Made by a program: the position numbers and the translations under genes. Below are positions 39,383 through 47,963 of a DNA stretch of 64,000 nucleotides, one piece after another. The notes beneath the pieces were generated by a model that was not told where the DNA came from, searched no databases, and worked only from the letters and a program-made list of their open reading frames with translations. Every line of letters begins with the position of its first letter. Positions within the stretch are counted from its first letter, which is position 1. The stretch lies in NCBI GenBank assembly GCA_964640195.1, contig CAZXIC010000002.1, forward strand, positions 81,743 through 145,742. The letters run 5' to 3'. This stretch comes from an uncultured archaeon (GTDB lineage: Archaea; Iainarchaeota; Iainarchaeia; Iainarchaeales; GCA-2688035).

Positions 39383-39411
39383 ACCGACAACACAGATACA
39401 TTCTGCCAAAA

Positions 39412-39897
39412 GTGTTGTGCAAAGAACTGCTGGGAGAAGCAGAGCTAAGGAAAAAACTTCCAGCGCTGCTGAAAACCGGCGAGCTTATACCACTGTCGAA
39501 AGTCGCGCAAGACTTGGGCTTGACTACAAGGACACTTTCCAGAAGAAAGGACGTTAAAACTGTGAAGGTGGGGGGACGCGGAGCGGGAGAACGCAGTTTC
39601 ATGATAAAAACAGATGCCGCGGAATTTAAGCGAACATACCCCGAAACTAAAATTAGAAGGAAGAAGAGTGCAGCTGTAGTTGAGCAACAGCCAGCAGGCA
39701 AGGCAATGAAAATAAGAGCGACCAAGACAACAAAGACTGTGGGGAAAAAGGCGTGGCAATGGTTTAATGCACACCGCGAATTAGTATCGCCTGCCCACAG
39801 CGAGATGCTTGAAAAAATGGTGAGGCAATGCGAGAACCTACCGCTGGAGAGATGGGATAAGGTAGTTGGGTGGCTTGAAAGGGCTTTTTTCAGATGA
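39412..39897 (+). CDS. Putative helix-turn-helix DNA-binding protein
   Basis: 'LIPLSKVAQDLGLTTRTLSRR' is an HTH-like segment (excisionase/MerR style). Basic linker and helical C-part. Confidence 0.55.
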   Translation: MLCKELLGEAELRKKLPALLKTGELIPLSKVAQDLGLTTRTLSRRKDVKTVKVGGRGAGERSFMIKTDAAEFKRTYPETKIRRKKSAAVVEQQPAGKAMKIRATKTTKTVGKKAWQWFNAHRELVSPAHSEMLEKMVRQCENLPLERWDKVVGWLERAFFR

Positions 39898-39947
39898 CCA
39901 GACCGGGCCAAAGAAACTGTTACTAAAATATCTTTTAACAGCCAAGA

Positions 39948-39979
39948 ATTGTTATGTAGCTAGAATGCTACATAATAAT
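39948..39979. repeat. 32-bp near-perfect palindrome: 13-bp inverted arms with a 6-bp spacer (recombinase-core-like)
   Basis: ATTGTTATGTAGC-TAGAAT-GCTACATAATAAT. Arms match 12/13. Lies in a convergent intergenic gap. The arm sequence recurs as half-sites downstream. Confidence 0.6.
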
Positions 39980-39981
39980 AC

Positions 39982-40185
39982 CTATATTAACCCTAACTTC
40001 TTAGCCTTTGGCAACAGCCTCATAACTTGCCTTAATTCATTTAAAAGGGCCTTTTCATCTACAGCGTTTGCAGCAAAGAGTTGTGGTTCTCGTGCTTGCT
40101 CACGTGTTAAAATGCTGAGAAGCTTGTAGGCATCAACTCTTATTTCAGCGAGGCTTCTTCCGACACCATTTTTCCACAAAAACAC
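39982..40185 (-). CDS. Small hypothetical ORF
   Basis: 67 aa. Overlaps the upstream small ORF by 46 nt in another frame, so a frameshifted single gene is possible. Confidence 0.3.
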   Translation of the reverse strand: MFLWKNGVGRSLAEIRVDAYKLLSILTREQAREPQLFAANAVDEKALLNELRQVMRLLPKAKKLGLI

Positions 40186-40349
40186 CTCAATTTGCGCTTA
40201 TCAGGCCTGCCCAAAACTTCTGCCCTGCCCAGCGCCGTAACAGCATTGGCGACTGTTTTAATATCCCTAGCCAAAACGAGTTCTCTGCCCCGTCTTGCAC
40301 GGGTCTTGTTCCGCTTTGCGGCTGAGGTTAGAGTCGCCCTTGCAGCCAT
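40140..40349 (-). CDS. Small basic hypothetical ORF
   Basis: 69 aa from the internal ATG ('MAARATLTSAAKRNKTRARRGRE...'). AT-rich TATA-like stretch about 25 nt upstream. Confidence 0.3.
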   Translation of the reverse strand: MAARATLTSAAKRNKTRARRGRELVLARDIKTVANAVTALGRAEVLGRPDKRKLRCFCGKMVSEEASLK

Positions 40350-40729
40350 TGTAAAATATTTTAGGGCATTCCAAAATAAAAACCCGCCCAAAATGGGCTT
40401 TACTTATACATAACTTATATCCCGCCCTGCCCCTGCGCCGCTCCCTTTCAAGCCACCCCTATTCCGCTATTCAATTTTTCCAGTGCGTTTTTCACATTTT
40501 TTTCAAAATTTCCGAAGGAATTTTACAGTATAATGTAGAATATGTTGTATCCTGTATGCTGTTTTTAGCCACCTCCAGAAGGCGGAAATGGCTTAAAAGC
40601 GTGAAATCAGGCCTCCTGCACTAAAATAGCTGGTTTGACCTGGCTCAACTTTGTCTGGGATGGCTTTAAATTTGAGGGAGCTGCAGAACTTGCAGCAGGG
40701 AGCGCAGGGCCCGCACGGGACGCCTTATA

Positions 40730-40749
40730 GTTATGTAGAAGTTATGGGG
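40730..40749 (+). repeat. Left copy of the cassette-flanking direct repeat
   Basis: GTTATGTAGAAGTTatGGGG. 18/20 identical to 44282-44301. Contains the TAA stop (40742-40744, minus strand) of the TcmP-like gene. Confidence 0.7.
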
Positions 40750-41674
40750 CGAACAGTTTTTTCTGCGTTCCATCAACTACACTAAATCCAGTTTCAATCA
40801 TTTTACAGGTTGTTCTTTCTACCTTCTTTTTTGTATAAATAACCGCTTTGAGCCAGGGGTTCCTTCCCTTTGTTCGTCTTGTAGCAAATATGAGGTCGTA
40901 GAAAAAACTTCCTTCATCACTTTTAATTCTAATGTAGAAACACACATCACGGCCGCTTTTCTTTATGTTAGAAATATATAAATTACACAAATCATCTCTA
41001 TTTAGACCGCCCTCCTTAATCTTCTTAACCTCAACTCCAAAAAACTTTGCGAGTTTTGAATGGGGGATGTCACATTGGGCTGCTTTAATAGCCCTAGCAG
41101 CCCCACATGATTGAAAATTAATAATTAGGTCGCCTGATTTATTCAATAATTTCTGAATCGTTACCCATTCAACTTCCATGTTTTCACAATCAATGAAAGC
41201 AAGGTAGTGGCTATTTTCAGGCATTTCTTCTAGGATTTCATCGATGGCCTGGTTACAATCCTTATGAATTATTTTATAATTTATTTTTGAATAAGCAGGC
41301 AACTTTTTAAGATAACTAATTCTTTTCTCCAAAGCGCCTAATGATTTAGAATTGGTATCTACGAAGAACATTTTTGTGAAGGGTTTGTGAGTGTACAGTG
41401 TGGCTATTAAAGCAGAACCTAAAATGACCTGCTCTTTAACTTTGCACACTCCTGAATCAGCCAATAAATCAATATAATAAAAAGCCCCCCACCTTTTTGG
41501 GATTATCGCACTATAAACTGTTGATAAATAAGATTTTAAAAAAATTAATTTTTTAACCGGCCAGTAGCCATTTTTCTCATAATAGACGCTCTTGCCAAAC
41601 GGCAATAGATTTGCTAAAAGGGAGGGTTTAAGACTAAAAAGCTGTTTCTCAAGCCAAGGTTGTTTGATAGCCAT
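40742..41674 (-). CDS. TcmP-like protein (three-Cys-motif partner family, methyltransferase-like core). Tentative.
   Basis: N-terminal 'WPVKKLIFLKSYLSTVYSAI...FYYIDLLADSGV' resembles the TcmP pattern (K-L-x-L-x-YL ... YID-FAG-G) as I recall it. About 36% GC. Starts 1 nt after the upstream rSAM stop. Confidence 0.55.
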   Translation of the reverse strand: MAIKQPWLEKQLFSLKPSLLANLLPFGKSVYYEKNGYWPVKKLIFLKSYLSTVYSAIIPKRWGAFYYIDLLADSGVCKVKEQVILGSALIATLYTHKPFTKMFFVDTNSKSLGALEKRISYLKKLPAYSKINYKIIHKDCNQAIDEILEEMPENSHYLAFIDCENMEVEWVTIQKLLNKSGDLIINFQSCGAARAIKAAQCDIPHSKLAKFFGVEVKKIKEGGLNRDDLCNLYISNIKKSGRDVCFYIRIKSDEGSFFYDLIFATRRTKGRNPWLKAVIYTKKKVERTTCKMIETGFSVVDGTQKKLFAP

Positions 41675-41675
41675 A

Positions 41676-42641
41676 TCAAATCAGGCAATTACACCTTATT
41701 TTCCTATAATCCATTCCCAGTTCTTCCCACATCTCAACTGTTTCCTTGCAAAGCGCCAGTTTTCTGTATCCAAAGTTGGCTTTTAAGTAGTCCCTAACAA
41801 ATGAATACATTTCTCGTCGCGTGTTGAAGTCTATTTTCTTGCCCCAGTTTGATTTTTCGTTGAGGTATTTTACCCAGCTCTTGTCAGGGCAGCATCTAAT
41901 CGTTGAAGCTAGCCCCCTCAACGACCCGATTGTTATCCTTTCTGGCGTGTAACTATTAAACAGTTTGTCAAGCAACTTACTGTACTCTTTTTTCCAGTTC
42001 TCAATCGGTACCATAGGGTCAACTCTAACTCTTACAACATAGCTCCTCTCATGCAGTTTTTTTCCTGCCTCAATTCTATCAAATGGCGAGGGCGCTTTCT
42101 CCCATCTTTTTGAAACTTCTGGCGCATTTAAACTAAAGCTAACCACCGTCTGGTTATGCTCTTCCATCCCAAGGAGGTTCTTTACGTTAGTAGATTTCGT
42201 GCAAAGAAGCACTTTGTGTTTCCTCTGTTTTTCAAACATCGGCATGATAAACTGCGAAAAAGGTCGTTCCAGATGTTCGGTCATTAGCGAATCGGCAAGC
42301 TCGCCTGAGTTAAGCAGCTCGTTGGAAACCCCGTCATTTTGCAAAAAATAATTTACGTGGTTTGCAATTTTTTCATGGTCCTTTGGCACTGGTGCGGTCT
42401 TTGTTTTGACCATGCGCAGGGTGCCTTTTAAGAAACACCAAGAACAGTTGAAAGGGCAGCCATAGCCCCACTTCAGCTCAAGGAAGTGAGGGCATACAAC
42501 ATCTTGCGCATATTTTGGGATGGGCGTCTTATCAAAACGGGTAATTATTGAGCCATCCTTCACCCGCTCAACTAGGATTTTGGTGCTACCATCCAACAGC
42601 TCGTACTCTTTGTATTTAACAGCCGAGCCCATGTGCAGCAC
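41676..42641 (-). CDS. Radical SAM protein, spore-photoproduct-lyase-like (SplB/COG1533-type)
   Basis: 'VVCPHFLELKWGYGCPFNCSWCFLKG' gives CxxxCxxC plus the upstream Cys typical of the SPL family. About 40% GC. Confidence 0.75.
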   Translation of the reverse strand: MLHMGSAVKYKEYELLDGSTKILVERVKDGSIITRFDKTPIPKYAQDVVCPHFLELKWGYGCPFNCSWCFLKGTLRMVKTKTAPVPKDHEKIANHVNYFLQNDGVSNELLNSGELADSLMTEHLERPFSQFIMPMFEKQRKHKVLLCTKSTNVKNLLGMEEHNQTVVSFSLNAPEVSKRWEKAPSPFDRIEAGKKLHERSYVVRVRVDPMVPIENWKKEYSKLLDKLFNSYTPERITIGSLRGLASTIRCCPDKSWVKYLNEKSNWGKKIDFNTRREMYSFVRDYLKANFGYRKLALCKETVEMWEELGMDYRKIRCNCLI

Positions 42642-42795
42642 TGCTATAATTACAATCTGTTAATATTTAAAATAGGTAGAAAGAGTGGACTTCCGGTGAA
42701 TACTCATTTACAGGCTGCCGATATTAGCCTGCTAACCAGACGGCTCTTGCAGAATCCCTACTTATAAAAATAACATTCCAGATAGATACTATGGC

Positions 42796-44223
42796 ATGGC
42801 AAAGCGGATTTTGTTTGTGAATGGCCCTTCGCAGGACACCTGCGACAGGTTTTTTGGGTGGCCCACCCCATTGCTTTATGCGATAGCGCCAAGCGTTGAT
42901 GCAATCAAGAATGATGAGCTTGATTTGGAGTACGTGCCCAAAATATTTGACCCGATATGGTACGCTGAGGGAAAAAATGATGGCAGAGTAAAGAAGGAAT
43001 TCCTCAGGCAGTTGAACGGCGTTGATGTCGTTTGCGCCAGCTCAACGTATGATTCGCTTTACCCCACAATGCAGTTGTTGGCCGAAGCCAAAAGGGAAGA
43101 CCCGAACATAAGGATTGTTCTGGGCGGGCCGCATTTTGACGAAGTGCACAGCCTTGCTGGATTCAATGATGTGGAAAAGTCTCCTGAACTGGTTGACTTT
43201 GGCGTTGCAGGCGATGGGGAATTTGCATTGAAGGCTCTTCTGGAAGCAATCGCGGCAGATAGCTTGGAGAAGCTTGATTTGTCTTCAGTTCCGGGAAAAG
43301 CTTGGGTGTATTCCAAAAAGGGCGTGCAACCCACCAGCGGGAAGCCCCTTGATTTGAACAGGCTGCCTTTCATGCCCATTGAGCTTGCTGATGTTGAGAG
43401 GCACAAGCACGATTTTGACATTTTCACTGATAGCAGCGGAATACTGCCGACCTTCCAGATGGTTGCTGCCAGGGGATGCACGTATTCTTGCGATTTCTGC
43501 TCTGAAAGAAGACAACTTGCGTACCCTAATGCAAGGTCTGTTGAAAATGTCATTGAGGAAGTCCTATTGCGTAAAGAGCAGGGATTCAAGGCGATTTTCT
43601 TTGACGACAGCACCTTCGGCTTGTACCCGGAGCTGATGGAACTGTTAAAAGAGCTGGGCAAGACAGGCATGGTTTTCGGGAGCCTGAACCGCTTTAACCA
43701 CTTGGACAGGCAGGAAACAGTGGGAGCCTACAAGGATGCTGGCTTTGCCTACCTCTACTGTGCAATCGAGCAGTTCGATGACAGGGCTCTGGCAAAAATG
43801 AGGAAAGGGCAGGGAACGAAAAAAATCGCGGAATCAATGAAACTGTTGTCCAAAAACCAGTTTACTGTCGGGGTTTCCCTGCTTTACGGGCTGCCCTACG
43901 AAACCGGCAATTCAATAAAGGCAACTCTGGACTTTACAGAGGAATGGGTAAATAAGGGAACAGTAAGATTGGTGAGCGAGTCAGTGCTCTCTTTCCATCC
44001 TGCAACCCCTGCCGGAAAAAGCCTCAGGCAGGGCTTCAACCGCACTCCGCCGAACCAGGGCTTTCCCTTCAACAGGTTTGAGGAAGGCCAGTGGTATCAT
44101 CCAGAACACGTGACAGCAGAATACCTGGAAAAAATACTGAAGATGTCCGAGGAGAAATTCAGCAAGGCGATGGTGAGAAACAGGCACTCGTGGTACGCTG
44201 CACAAGGGTTAATTGTGGAGTGA
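42796..44223 (+). CDS. B12-binding-domain radical SAM protein (class B)
   Basis: N-terminal Rossmann-like cobalamin-domain pattern ('ILFVN', 'VVCASSTY', 'IVLGGPHF'), then 'AARGCTYSCDFCSE' (CxxxCxxC). Confidence 0.85.
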   Translation: MAKRILFVNGPSQDTCDRFFGWPTPLLYAIAPSVDAIKNDELDLEYVPKIFDPIWYAEGKNDGRVKKEFLRQLNGVDVVCASSTYDSLYPTMQLLAEAKREDPNIRIVLGGPHFDEVHSLAGFNDVEKSPELVDFGVAGDGEFALKALLEAIAADSLEKLDLSSVPGKAWVYSKKGVQPTSGKPLDLNRLPFMPIELADVERHKHDFDIFTDSSGILPTFQMVAARGCTYSCDFCSERRQLAYPNARSVENVIEEVLLRKEQGFKAIFFDDSTFGLYPELMELLKELGKTGMVFGSLNRFNHLDRQETVGAYKDAGFAYLYCAIEQFDDRALAKMRKGQGTKKIAESMKLLSKNQFTVGVSLLYGLPYETGNSIKATLDFTEEWVNKGTVRLVSESVLSFHPATPAGKSLRQGFNRTPPNQGFPFNRFEEGQWYHPEHVTAEYLEKILKMSEEKFSKAMVRNRHSWYAAQGLIVE

Positions 44224-44281
44224 TGGGTGGTTCAGGGAGCAATAAAAACAGCGCTTCTTTGTGGGGTTGGCACAGAGATTT

Positions 44282-44301
44282 GTTATGTAGAAGTTTGGGG
44301 G
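44282..44301 (+). repeat. Right copy of the cassette-flanking direct repeat
   Basis: GTTATGTAGAAGTTtgGGGG, 58 nt after the B12-rSAM stop. Confidence 0.7.
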
Positions 44302-44384
44302 GACGGAACCAAACTACCCCGCCTCTTTTATTTTATTTAAATTAATAAACATCCCTTGGTATTGGAATTTTCTCCCCATTTTAG

Positions 44385-45086
44385 TTACGTTTCTTTGTAA
44401 CTCGAACTCGTCAAGATTGGGTTGTCCACCAATTTGAAGAGAAGCTTATCTATCCTATCTGTTGTGCTCTTATCCGATAAAAACCTTACGAGAACGAGGG
44501 GTGTACCTTTTGCAACACGGTCGATTATGCCTTTTTGAATGTGTGTATCAGACATGGCAGTTTGGATCATGAAGCAAAACTGCCGATAATTAATTACAAA
44601 TTTATCAAAAAGGCGATTGAAAGTTAGCTCCTGTTGTGCTGGATCGCCTGTTAGTTTATCCAGATAACTCATTATTATGCCAATGTCTCCTGTGCCCACC
44701 ATATCGACAATGTTTATGCCTTTATCCTTATACTTTTTGTGTACTTCTCTTCGACGTTCTTCAGCATCGTTATGCAAGTTGTTTTCATTTAGCCACCTTA
44801 TCTGCTCTGCAATCCTCAGGATGGCGATATATTCCTGATTGACCAGTATGGACTTAAGCCTACGGAGGGTAGAGCTGGACATATCAATGGTAAAAAGCTC
44901 AGCATTAGTAGATGCCGTATCTAAACTAACTTGCTTTGTTTTGAAAAAATTTCGGACAGCCTTTTTTAATTTTGTCTTGAGTTCTTTGGGGATCAATTTC
45001 CAAACGATAAGAATTCGCTTTAAATTTGCGATGGTAATTCCATTCGTAAGTATTGCTTTAATCTCTTCCGAAAGAGGATCTACCAT
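44385..45086 (-). CDS. Hypothetical protein (AT-rich island)
   Basis: 233 aa at about 38% GC. No motif recognised. Lies downstream of a 59-aa ORF on the same strand. Confidence 0.6.
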   Translation of the reverse strand: MVDPLSEEIKAILTNGITIANLKRILIVWKLIPKELKTKLKKAVRNFFKTKQVSLDTASTNAELFTIDMSSSTLRRLKSILVNQEYIAILRIAEQIRWLNENNLHNDAEERRREVHKKYKDKGINIVDMVGTGDIGIIMSYLDKLTGDPAQQELTFNRLFDKFVINYRQFCFMIQTAMSDTHIQKGIIDRVAKGTPLVLVRFLSDKSTTDRIDKLLFKLVDNPILTSSSYKET

Positions 45087-45146
45087 TAAATCACTTAGGG
45101 TTTAAGAATTCGTTTATATACTCTGAAATGCAATACGAATAATTAT

Positions 45147-45326
45147 TTATTTTAATTTCAGAGCCAGCAACAATTGCCAATCGGTTTTCCTTAATTGGTT
45201 CTTTACTATACCTGCAAATAACTCTTTTTCTTCTGTGTCCACGACGTAACCCTTTTTATCAATAGCTAAATCAAAAATTTCGAGTACCGCCTCTCGGTTT
45301 TTATCATTAATTTCTATTACTTCCAT
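45147..45326 (-). CDS. Small acidic hypothetical protein (59 aa, absent from the ORF track)
   Basis: ATG 45326 is preceded by AGAGGTG 5 nt upstream. 'MEVIEINDKNREAVLEIFDLAIDKKGYVVDTEEKELFAGIVKNQLRKTDWQLLLALKLK'. Confidence 0.5.
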   Translation of the reverse strand: MEVIEINDKNREAVLEIFDLAIDKKGYVVDTEEKELFAGIVKNQLRKTDWQLLLALKLK

Positions 45327-45590
45327 CTAGACACCTCTTTTGCAGGCATAGTAGGGCTTGCTAGTTTATATACTTTACTTGCCCCTGAATTGTTCTTCTG
45401 ATAAAATATACTCTTCCAAACCTATTTAAAATTTATGATTTGGTACGTCATTTAACGTTGCTTTGGAGTGTAATTTTTGCCCCAAAACCCTTTTTACCTC
45501 TTTCCCGCGGGGCGGGCTGTCCGAGAATTTGGGTTCTTTGCTGTTGTGAAATGTATTAAAACCTGGAGCGGCGTATATCTTATTGGTTCT

Positions 45591-46202
45591 ATGGCTAGGA
45601 AGATTGTTGGCTCAGAGAGGATAACACATGGTTCTGTTACTAGGCATGGGATTGTGCTGCCGAACCTGCCAAAGCGGGGAAAGGCCCAAAATGCAAAGGC
45701 CGAGAAGCCGAAACAGCAGGTCTTAAATGATTTAAAAGGTAGTAAAGTGATTATCGCTGGAGAGCCAGCAGTTGCCAGAAGATGGACGGATGTGGGGGAC
45801 AAAGTGGTTTTCCACATTTCAAAGGGCAAAACATTTACTTTAACAAAGGCAGAGATGGTAAAAATTATGGGGCTGCCTATCACTATTGGCTCAAAAGGAT
45901 TCCTTCACTTTAAAGAATCTGATTCGCCTGTTAGAGGAATTACTGGAAAAAGCCTGTATGCTATATCTGTTTTAACACCGCTCGAGGCAAGGGGCAAAGG
46001 CCACGGGATGGCAATGTTTGAAAGGCTTGAAGAAGAGGCAAAGAAAATGGGGATAAGGCTTATCTGGGGCAGATTACTGAAAGAAGACTTTCAACTGCTG
46101 ACACGCCTCCAAAGAATTGGTTGGAGGCAAGTCAATCCAAGAACACTGAAAAGATGGGTTGCCTTAAAGGAATTTCAAACAATTATGATGAAAGAAATAT
46201 AG
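45591..46202 (+). CDS. Hypothetical protein with GNAT-like C-terminal segment
   Basis: 'LEARGKGHGMAMFERLEEEAKKMG' resembles GNAT motif A (R/Q-x-x-G-x-G/A). ATG 45591 preferred over the track start 45477. Confidence 0.5.
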   Translation: MARKIVGSERITHGSVTRHGIVLPNLPKRGKAQNAKAEKPKQQVLNDLKGSKVIIAGEPAVARRWTDVGDKVVFHISKGKTFTLTKAEMVKIMGLPITIGSKGFLHFKESDSPVRGITGKSLYAISVLTPLEARGKGHGMAMFERLEEEAKKMGIRLIWGRLLKEDFQLLTRLQRIGWRQVNPRTLKRWVALKEFQTIMMKEI

Positions 46203-46335
46203 ATTTAACTGCTATAAAGAAGAAGACTGGGCGAGGAAAGGGCAAGGGAAAGAAGTAGCTGCTTTTTCTGAAAGCCCTGCCGCTATCTTGCCTCTTTTGT
46301 GGAGGTATTAAGTATTTTGTCGCGCTAATTCTTGT

Positions 46336-47085
46336 ATGCTTGTTAAAGTAAAAAAGCGCGGTGGGGATAAGCGAGCTGTTCATAAGAGGAGACGGAAGCC
46401 GCGCCCTGTTTCGCGCAAGTATGGTTGCATGGAGAGGATTGACGGGGCTATCAAGTTGGGGAGAATCTGTTCTGCTTTTTATCTTCCGTTTGAAGCGATT
46501 AAGGTTTATCGCGCTGGAACGCCTGTCAGGGTGAAGAACATTATAGGCGCTGACAGGCTGCTTGTACGGATGCCCTGGCAGAGGTTTGAAGTGGTTTTAA
46601 GGGGCGCTTCGCTTCCGCAATTGAAGGCTGTTGCTGACTCAATAACCGACCTTACATCAAGGAAAAGCGGCTCGGACCAAAGGTTTATGCTGCAGAAGGT
46701 CGGGCTAAGGCAAACAATCAAAGCATATGGTTCAATAACAATCGAGAAAGGCATGAAAGGAACAAGCGTTTATTACGCAGAGTCTCCATACAAAAGCCGC
46801 GAAGAGGCCCCGCCTGGCAAATTTGTTACCGGCGACAACACCAACGGCTTTTTGGCAGGCACTGGTTCAAGGAATGACCTCGGGCTTGAAAAAGGAAGGC
46901 TAAGCCAAGAGGCAGGGAAAGTGCTCGCGCAAAAATTCGGCACTAAAAATGCAGTAAAAATGACTGACCACATCCTGCAGAGAATGGAAAACGGTACAAT
47001 AGCGGAAATAAGGTTTGCAAGATATCAGGGCAAAATACCGTGGTTTTATGACATGACAATAAGGCACTTCACGCTGTTTAGTTAG
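46336..47085 (+). CDS. Hypothetical protein with strongly basic N-terminus
   Basis: 249 aa. Starts 'MLVKVKKRGGDKRAVHKRRRKPRP'. No motif recognised. Confidence 0.5.
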   Translation: MLVKVKKRGGDKRAVHKRRRKPRPVSRKYGCMERIDGAIKLGRICSAFYLPFEAIKVYRAGTPVRVKNIIGADRLLVRMPWQRFEVVLRGASLPQLKAVADSITDLTSRKSGSDQRFMLQKVGLRQTIKAYGSITIEKGMKGTSVYYAESPYKSREEAPPGKFVTGDNTNGFLAGTGSRNDLGLEKGRLSQEAGKVLAQKFGTKNAVKMTDHILQRMENGTIAEIRFARYQGKIPWFYDMTIRHFTLFS

Positions 47086-47152
47086 AAACCGCCCAAAGCT
47101 AAGAGACCCAAAGGCCGGCGATTTTGTAATAGTGTGCAGGAAATAAACAGAA

Positions 47153-47578
47153 TCACACTTTAGAAATTACATGCTCTGTAAACTCATTGCCATTCCAGAT
47201 ATGCCTGGTGGTTTCATATTTCCAGCTTTTTCCCAAAAGATAATCTACTTTGAAGCCCATGTAGGTTTTATCCAGTTTTTGCGGCTTAACCTTTCCTTTT
47301 AATCCTGGAAAGGGGTCTGTCAAAAACCTGTAGACTATCTTTGATTCGCTAACTTCTGGGAATGAAACCTCAAGGCCAACGCTTTTGTCCCGTTCTCCAA
47401 CCACTCTTGCAAAGTCTCCAGGCGAGCCCTTTTCAAAACCGCTTGCATCATAGGATTTTTTTAACCCGAACCGCATGACTTTTGCGAAGAGTGCAAGGGC
47501 TTTTTCTTCCCCAAATTCTTCCTTTAAAACAAGAAAAACGTTTTCATACAAACCAAAGAAAGGATTGTTGTATCCCAT
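47153..47578 (-). CDS. Hypothetical protein
   Basis: 141 aa with globular composition. No motif recognised. Confidence 0.55.
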   Translation of the reverse strand: MGYNNPFFGLYENVFLVLKEEFGEEKALALFAKVMRFGLKKSYDASGFEKGSPGDFARVVGERDKSVGLEVSFPEVSESKIVYRFLTDPFPGLKGKVKPQKLDKTYMGFKVDYLLGKSWKYETTRHIWNGNEFTEHVISKV

Positions 47579-47635
47579 AAGTTAATCAACTACAAAAAGG
47601 GAATGGCTATGAAAGAAATAATTGCCTTTATTGCT

Positions 47636-47863
47636 TTAAATCGCTTTCCTTTGCCCCCACGGGCAAGAAAAAAGTTTTGCCCCTGAATCAACAGGCGGCA
47701 GTATTTTAAGGGGAGGGTAAGTAACATTAATGGAACTTGAGGCCACCATCTCACGGTGCTTCCATACGCCGGCTTTAGGCAATTTCTCTAAATTGATGCC
47801 TGCAAGCATTTCCTTTGCCTCAGACAATAAGGAATCGAAGTCGCTCAAACTGCTTCCAGCCAT
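47636..47863 (-). CDS. Small hypothetical protein
   Basis: 75 aa. Preceded by the conserved 25-bp leader element. Confidence 0.45.
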   Translation of the reverse strand: MAGSSLSDFDSLLSEAKEMLAGINLEKLPKAGVWKHREMVASSSINVTYPPLKILPPVDSGAKLFSCPWGQRKAI

Positions 47864-47905
47864 AACAAAACAAGTAATGATTTAACTCCTTTAAAACCCT
47901 CTTAC
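47864..47905 (-). promoter_or_regulatory. Conserved leader element, copy 1
   Basis: In the gene direction: GTAAGAGGGTTTTAAAGGAGTTAAA...ATG. A 25-bp block is identical to copy 2 and contains TTTTAAA and GGAG. Confidence 0.5.
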
Positions 47906-47963
47906 GGGCTTTCCGGGAGGACAGCAGTCCAAGGCAAGGAATAAAAGTTATGTTGCAATTCTG

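Noticed and set aside
39270-39911. 213-aa minus-strand ORF
   Set aside because: It is antisense to the HTH-containing plus-strand gene and has Ser/Leu/Phe-rich composition. The plus-strand product has a recognisable HTH.
39982-40391. Toxin-antitoxin call for the two overlapping small minus-strand ORFs
   Set aside because: Neither shows a recognisable TA family motif. The 46-nt out-of-frame overlap fits a frameshifted or decayed single gene as well as it fits a pair.
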